This document shows, piece by piece, positions 59,812 to 64,000 of a DNA stretch of 64,000 nt (its first letter is position 1; each line of letters starts with the position of its first letter). The stretch spans positions 32,001 to 96,000 of the forward strand of contig CBDFKD010000002.1 of assembly GCA_965248695.1 (NCBI GenBank), read 5' to 3'. A program made the position numbers and the translations under genes. Source of the DNA: Acidobacteriota bacterium (GTDB lineage Bacteria; Acidobacteriota; UBA890; WLXD01). The notes below the pieces were generated by a model. It saw nothing but the letters and a program-made list of their open reading frames with translations. It made no database searches and had not been told where the DNA came from.

Positions 59812-60051
59812 CGGCGGCGGGCTCGCCCCGCCGCGGAATCGTATCGATCCCGGAACCGCCGCGTAGGCGCGCCGGGCCCCCAGTTTACGCGGCGCTGGGC
59901 GCCTGCTCGTGGACGCGGTCCAGCCAGGCTACCAGCGTCGGCAGGGCGTTGCTCTCGAGGACCCGAATCACGATCAAGGCCATTGAACTTACACAGTCAC
60001 AGATTATTATTCTGTAAGTAACTGATAATAAGTTACTTGTGACTAGACTAC

Positions 60052-60113
60052 CCGGACTCAAAATCCGGTGGGCTTACGCTCGTGAGGGTTCGAGTCCCTC
60101 CCTCGGTACTTCA
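60052..60113 (+). repeat. att-like duplicate of the tRNA-Leu 3' part (copy 2)
   Basis: Identical to 57849-57910. Confidence 0.95.
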
Positions 60114-60459
60114 GTAGGAACAGGCACTTACGGTCGCTGATCCTAGGCAATGGCTTGGGGCTGGAGGACCGTTGGCACCGTTTTCGGCACCACTCCTGCG
60201 CAGGATGCTCGGGCCAATAGTCGGCGGCCTCCGGTCCGGGCGACGTCGCGCCGGTTCGCGGGCTACGCTGCGCTGGGGCACGAGAACGGCGGCCTTCCCC
60301 GTATATCGGTGGTGCAGCAGGACACACGCCGCAACGATCTGCACCGCCGAAGGCCCCGCGTGCGCTAGCGAATCGGCCGATTCGCCGTGTTTTCAGCCGG
60401 TTACCGAAGAGGAACCCTGCACGCACTGACTCCTTGCCACGTCAACTCCTAATCTTGTT

Positions 60460-60804
60460 TCAAACATCCGAGGGTCGAAAGATCTTGCTTGCTAGAATCG
60501 CTTCTGGATTGATCCCGACGAGGGACCACTCGAGGATGTCCGCGCCAAAGGGTCCTTCCTTGACGTACGGATCGCTCGCGGCAATCGATCGCGCCTCAGT
60601 CTCGGACTGACAATAGAGAAGGTAGCCTCCTGGTATTCCTTCAACCCCGGAGAAACCGCCCCCCAATAGGATGCTATTGCTCCGGATCAGGTCGTCAATG
60701 AAAACAACGTGCGCCTGATTGACTTCATCGGTCGGAACAGCGTCGCCTCGCAGTAAGACGAGCCAGTAACCCTTTTCACTTTCGCGTTGTTCGGGGAGCG
60801 ACAT
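60460..60804 (-). CDS. YciI family protein
   Basis: H..FIDDL...LLGGGF...GG..L...SETEARSIAASDPYVKEG. Confidence 0.75.
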   Translation of the reverse strand: MSLPEQRESEKGYWLVLLRGDAVPTDEVNQAHVVFIDDLIRSNSILLGGGFSGVEGIPGGYLLYCQSETEARSIAASDPYVKEGPFGADILEWSLVGINPEAILASKIFRPSDV

Positions 60805-60934
60805 TATTCAGGCTCTTCTCCTCTCTTCCGTCTTGCCGAGCGATGGACGTGACCCTTTCACACTTTCTTACACACTTTCTCCGTCACTACACGTTAAGTT
60901 ATTTTTTATCAGTCACTTACGTCTAGACGAAATA

Positions 60935-60991
60935 GACTCAAAATCCGGTGGGCTTACGCTCGTGAGGGTTCGAGTCCCTCCCTCGGTACTT
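60935..60991 (+). repeat. att-like duplicate of the tRNA-Leu 3' part (copy 3)
   Basis: 57 bp identical to 57852-57908. Confidence 0.95.
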
Positions 60992-61084
60992 GAAAACAAA
61001 GGACTTACGCGGCGGCGCGGGTTCGAGTTGTTGTCTCATATCGGCTGATTGTCCCTATTCTGTCCCTGTCACGGGCCTCGGGCC

Positions 61085-61225
61085 TTCCACTGGGTGTCCC
61101 ATGCGGGGTCGTAAAGGCCGTTGGCGCCGCCAGCGTAGCCGTGCGGCAAGCGGTTCACTGTGATGGCCCCGATGTCCCGTGCTGCATCGAAGCCGCCATC
61201 TGCCGAGGTGCGCACGAAGCCGCAG
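61085..61225 (-). pseudogene. Possible C-terminal remnant of a spermidine dehydrogenase-like flavoprotein
   Basis: GGFDAARDIGAITVNRLPHGYA...LYDP resembles the RDIxAITVNRWPHGYA motif, recalled from memory. Confidence 0.6.
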
Positions 61226-61453
61226 CTGCCGCTCAACAAGGCACTCGGCTTGGCAAGCAAGCTTGCCGAGGCTCCGCTTGCGTGAGCACTCATCCCTCTA
61301 ATTGGAAGAGTCGGTTGGCTCCGTGGAGGATGGGATCATCGGCTTGTCGAGGTTGACGCGACAGTCAATCCATCCTTCGATCTTCTCGTCGCGCGAGTCC
61401 ATGCCGTAGAAGGGTACTGTCAACTTGATCCAAACTGGTTGAGGAGGAAGGTC

Positions 61454-63190
61454 ATGAAGAGCAGGGACCGTGAGCTCGGGGTGGATCGTGAGATCACACG
61501 ACGCGACTTCCTTGACGGTGCCAGCGTAGCAATCGGCGGGGCGATGTTGTCTTCTCATGGGGCAGCTAGCGCCGAAGTAGCACAGGTGACTCAAGGCGGC
61601 ATTCGAGCCGGTGTGGATACCATTTCTGAGGAGAAACAAACTGCTATCGACTGGATAGAAGACAACGAGAAAATGCTCTCGGACTTCGACAAGAGGATCT
61701 GGCGCTACGCTGAACCCGCGTTGAGAGAGTACAAATCAGCTAGAGCGTACGTCGAGTTGCTTCGAAGTCAGGGCTTCAATGTGGAGGAGGGAACCGGAGG
61801 CATGCCAACGGCCTTCTTGGCCACTTATGGCGGGGGCAAACCGGTGCTCGCGTCCTTCGCCGAATACGATGCGGTGCCCGGGAGCAACCAGGCGGCCGTG
61901 CCATATGAGAAGTTGAGGGACGAACGTCTTCATCCATACGCGCCTGGGCACACCGACCCTCACTCAGCTCTCGGCGTCACGGCGCTGGCTGGCGTCCTCG
62001 GGGTCAAAGCGGCCATGGAGAAGCACGGGCTGCGCGGCACCATCAAGTTCTTCGGCGAGCCCGGCGAGAAGATCTGCGTCTCGAAGCCTTACCACGCCGC
62101 CAAGGGATACTACGACGGCATCGACGCCAGCATCCTGTTTCACCCCAGGAGCGTGAACCGGGTGCTCTGGGAGACCCAATGGGGGTCCTACTGGAACGTG
62201 GCGTTCACCTTTGAGGCCGACGAGCCCGAGAAGTGGTTCTCGCCGGCGGGGAGAGTGGGAGGGCCCTCTGTGCCAATGTGGTACAGGCCGAACCCCGGGG
62301 CCCTCGACGCGGTCACCATGATGTACACCATGACGAAGTACACCAAAGAGGCCATACACCCCAGGACTGCCGGCTGGACGATAACCGAGTACATCTCGAT
62401 AGGGGGGCAGAGCACCACGGCCCCCCCCCTGATAAGCGAGATAACCTACGCCTTCAGATCCCCAACCCTCGAGATGCAGGAGAGGACGCATGAGTTCCTC
62501 CGCAGAAACGCCAAGGCTGTGGCGGAGGCGACCGGATGCAGGGTCACCGAGCGCATCGTTACCAAGACCCGCGTAGGTTTGTTCAACCAGACCATGGCGG
62601 AGCTAGTGCACAGAAACCTCCGGTTGATCGGCCCTGCAGTGTACGGTGATCAGGCCAGGGAGTTCGGGAGGCAAATCCAGCGCAACCTCGGGCTGGAGCC
62701 GATGGAGGATCCTTTCACGGACAACTGCCAGAGGCTGATGACGCTGGAGGAGGGCGAGGAGATGCAGCGGAGAGCTCTGCCCGGGTGGGTAGAGAACTAC
62801 GGGTCGGACGACCACGTCGAGTACACGTGGCACGCCCCCTCGGTCCGCCTTGAGGCGGCGAAGGCCGTTCTGAGGCCTGCCGAGGGCTTCCGATACCCGC
62901 GCTGGGCGCGGCTGGCGATGACCGGTGAGCCGAGCACGATAGATCCCATGATCCTCGCCGGAGGCAAGACAATGGCCACCAGTTTCGTCGAGCTGCTTTC
63001 GGAGCCCGGGTTGCTGAAAGGGGCCTGGGAAGAGTTCAACGACCGGACGGGGGGCGGCATAGGCGGCTCCAAGTGGGTCGCACCCCTGCTACCCCCAGAC
63101 CTGGATCCTCCCATAGACATGAGGTGGCCGGAGTACATCAAGACGGAGCGCGGAGAGGAGTGGTGGATACCCACACCGAGAAAAGAGTGA
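61454..63190 (+). CDS. M20 family amidohydrolase (AbgB-like) with Tat signal
   Basis: TRRDFL, GGMPTAF, AEYDAVPG, GHTDPHSALG, FGEPGEK, GSDD. Confidence 0.85.
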   Translation: MKSRDRELGVDREITRRDFLDGASVAIGGAMLSSHGAASAEVAQVTQGGIRAGVDTISEEKQTAIDWIEDNEKMLSDFDKRIWRYAEPALREYKSARAYVELLRSQGFNVEEGTGGMPTAFLATYGGGKPVLASFAEYDAVPGSNQAAVPYEKLRDERLHPYAPGHTDPHSALGVTALAGVLGVKAAMEKHGLRGTIKFFGEPGEKICVSKPYHAAKGYYDGIDASILFHPRSVNRVLWETQWGSYWNVAFTFEADEPEKWFSPAGRVGGPSVPMWYRPNPGALDAVTMMYTMTKYTKEAIHPRTAGWTITEYISIGGQSTTAPPLISEITYAFRSPTLEMQERTHEFLRRNAKAVAEATGCRVTERIVTKTRVGLFNQTMAELVHRNLRLIGPAVYGDQAREFGRQIQRNLGLEPMEDPFTDNCQRLMTLEEGEEMQRRALPGWVENYGSDDHVEYTWHAPSVRLEAAKAVLRPAEGFRYPRWARLAMTGEPSTIDPMILAGGKTMATSFVELLSEPGLLKGAWEEFNDRTGGGIGGSKWVAPLLPPDLDPPIDMRWPEYIKTERGEEWWIPTPRKE

Positions 63191-63236
63191 ATTCTCGGGA
63201 CACCTGGCCAGGGTCCGTGAAGACGGGAGGTTCAGA

Positions 63237-64000
63237 ATGATGATGAACCGCAGAATGCTCCTTGCGGCAACGATGGCGGCCATGGGAATGAGGCACAGCG
63301 CGTTCGGATCGGATCCGAAGTCGCAGGGCTACTTCGTACCAGCGGAGGGGTCGCCCCACACCCGCACCTGGATGTGCTGGCCGTCGGATCCATCGGTCTA
63401 CAGCTCCAAACGGCGATGGAAAGCGCGATCTCTCGCAGAGCATCGTAGCTATTTCGAAAGCGTTCAAGAAACGATCGGCAGACTCGCGGCGGCGATCGCC
63501 GAGCACGAGCCCGTCACCTTACTCGCGGAGAAGAAGCATCACGCACTGGCCTCGAAATTGTGCGGGCCCAAGGTCCAGCTGCTCGACATCCCGACGGACG
63601 ATATCTGGGCGCGGGATTCCGGTCCCGTGTTCCTCCGGAACGGTAAAGGCGGTATCGCGATACTCGATCTCAATTACAACGGTTGGGGCGCCAAGACACC
63701 GCGGATTCAAAAAGACAGCCGTATTTCCGCGGCCATCGCCGAGAATTTGGGCTGTCCGTACTTTAAGGCAGACATCGTCGGCGAGGGAGGTGCGGTCGAG
63801 TTCGACGGCGAAGGCACGATCATTCTGAACGAGAGCTCCTGGGTCAACGACAATCGCAATCCGGGAAAAACGCGCGACGAAATCGAGGCCGCCCTCAAAG
63901 CGGGCCTCGGTGTGGAGACGGTGATCTGGCTCCCCGGGGTGCGCGGGGGCGTCACGGACGATCACATCGACGGCTCGCTCCGGATCGTGCGCCCCGGCGT
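63237..64000 (+). CDS. Agmatine deiminase family protein (runs off window)
   Basis: GGAGG RBS; PAE..PH..TWMCWP, DDIWARDSGP, NGWG, GEGG..EFDGEGT, NRNP, HIDG. Confidence 0.9.
   Translation, partial: MMMNRRMLLAATMAAMGMRHSAFGSDPKSQGYFVPAEGSPHTRTWMCWPSDPSVYSSKRRWKARSLAEHRSYFESVQETIGRLAAAIAEHEPVTLLAEKKHHALASKLCGPKVQLLDIPTDDIWARDSGPVFLRNGKGGIAILDLNYNGWGAKTPRIQKDSRISAAIAENLGCPYFKADIVGEGGAVEFDGEGTIILNESSWVNDNRNPGKTRDEIEAALKAGLGVETVIWLPGVRGGVTDDHIDGSLRIVRPG

Larger units (their letters stand above)
57906..60113. mobile_element. Integrase-less islet 1 in tRNA-Leu
   Basis: Bounded by the tRNA and a 62-bp duplicate of its 3' part. Confidence 0.75.
60114..60991. mobile_element. Integrase-less islet 2 in tRNA-Leu
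   Basis: Lies between att copies 2 and 3; lower GC; a single gene. Confidence 0.75.

Noticed and set aside
60150-60368. Integrase remnant suggested by LGH in a short ORF
   Set aside because: No HxxR or catalytic Tyr context; probably chance
57849-60991. CRISPR array
   Set aside because: The repeats are tRNA 3' halves separated by kb-scale gene-bearing segments; no cas genes

Overview
GC-rich (roughly 67% by eye) bacterial chromosomal segment. Gene content (tilS-ftsH-folP-cdaA-cdaR-glmM-pdxJ, carD, TPR Ser/Thr kinase, many secreted amidohydrolases and peptidases) suggests Acidobacteriota, which is an inference. Layout: 1-15.5 kb transporters and exported hydrolases; 15.6-26.1 kb a decaying accessory region next to tRNA-Asp/tRNA-Val, with a beta-oxidation module bracketed by a 52-bp direct repeat, several gene remnants, and an IS3 element lacking a target duplication that joins two different truncated genes; 26.2-57.8 kb mostly core genes; 57.8-64 kb a tRNA-Leu(CAA) integration hotspot. 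Two observations stand out. (1) An unannotated ~290-nt, extensively base-paired putative non-coding RNA (about 37897-38188) with its own sigma70 promoter and a perfect four-way junction, transcribed divergently from carD. (2) A tandem array of small integrase-less cassettes at tRNA-Leu, separated by duplicated tRNA 3' halves that carry conserved core-, IHF- and arm-like sites. All calls come from reading the sequence by eye; no database search or folding program was run.
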